This document shows positions 63,662 to 64,000 of a stretch of DNA of 64,000 nucleotides, in pieces. Below the pieces are notes generated by a model that had not been told where the DNA came from, ran no database searches, and saw only the letters and a list, made by a program, of their open reading frames with translations. This DNA comes from a virus (taxonomy: Duplodnaviria > Caudoviricetes), in the IMG/VR virus record IMGVR_UViG_3300028920_000023. One strand, given 5' to 3'. A program made the translations under genes and the position numbers. Each line of letters starts with the position of its first letter. Position 1 is the first letter of the stretch.

Positions 63662-64000
63662 TTAGGAGACCCACTGATTCGCTTGGACAGTCAAACCCGA
63701 ACTCGTTTCTTGTTTTGCCTCCAAAAGATCCCTTATCGAGATCAGGATCTCGGCAACATCCTTGTTAGATGATTTGTTTGAAATGTCATTCAGCAAGGTA
63801 TTCGTTGTTTGAAGTTCTTTGTTCTCTTCTTTTGGTGGTCTTGCACTATCTTCATCTATTTTGACCTTCGCTACTTCATTTGGACGTGCTCTCATTTTCT
63901 CCGTAGCTTTTTCTGCTTCATTAACTTTACCCATAGCTTTATTTTTTTGGTTTTTCAATGCTTGTTCTGCTTTTACTAATTCTCTGCGCCATTGTTCTAG
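63662..64000 (-). CDS. C-terminal part of a large gene, possibly tape measure
   Basis: Frame of track ORF 63662..63958 stays open to base 64000; helical, low-complexity. Confidence 0.5.
   Translation of the reverse strand, partial: LEQWRRELVKAEQALKNQKNKAMGKVNEAEKATEKMRARPNEVAKVKIDEDSARPPKEENKELQTTNTLLNDISNKSSNKDVAEILISIRDLLEAKQETSSGLTVQANQWVS

Noticed and set aside
1-64000. Stop-codon reassignment
   Set aside because: Conserved genes are full length under code 11, and TAA, TGA and TAG all occur as real stops.

Overview
A 64-kb fragment of a large T4-like (myovirus-type) phage genome, encoded mostly on the minus strand. In minus-strand (transcription) order it carries baseplate genes (tube initiator, gp53/LysM-like, gp5-like, gp25, gp6/J-like), neck, collar and terminator genes (gp13, gp14, an S74-chaperone fibre, gp15), tail sheath, two tail tubes, a gp26-like chaperone, UvsW-like helicase, gp55-like late sigma, terminase, portal, a 998-aa acidic core protein, prohead protease, scaffold and major capsid protein. 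About 8 kb of small accessory genes follow. Overlaid on this are six inteins in four head/neck genes and three paralogous genes fusing Zn-ribbon/helical repeats, a Vsr/DUF559-like nuclease fold and a Mu Mom-like GNAT domain, each at a morphogenesis-gene junction. Also present: a coupled HNH / dead-LAGLIDADG-MTase / HTH-nuclease-MTase cassette behind the capsid gene, a likely +1/-2 programmed frameshift in the gp26-like gene, a recurring YAAANATA late-promoter candidate, an atypical tRNA-Thr(AGU), and alternating sub-gene-scale A+C versus G+T strand-skew patches. All family assignments come from motif recognition by eye; no database searches were run.
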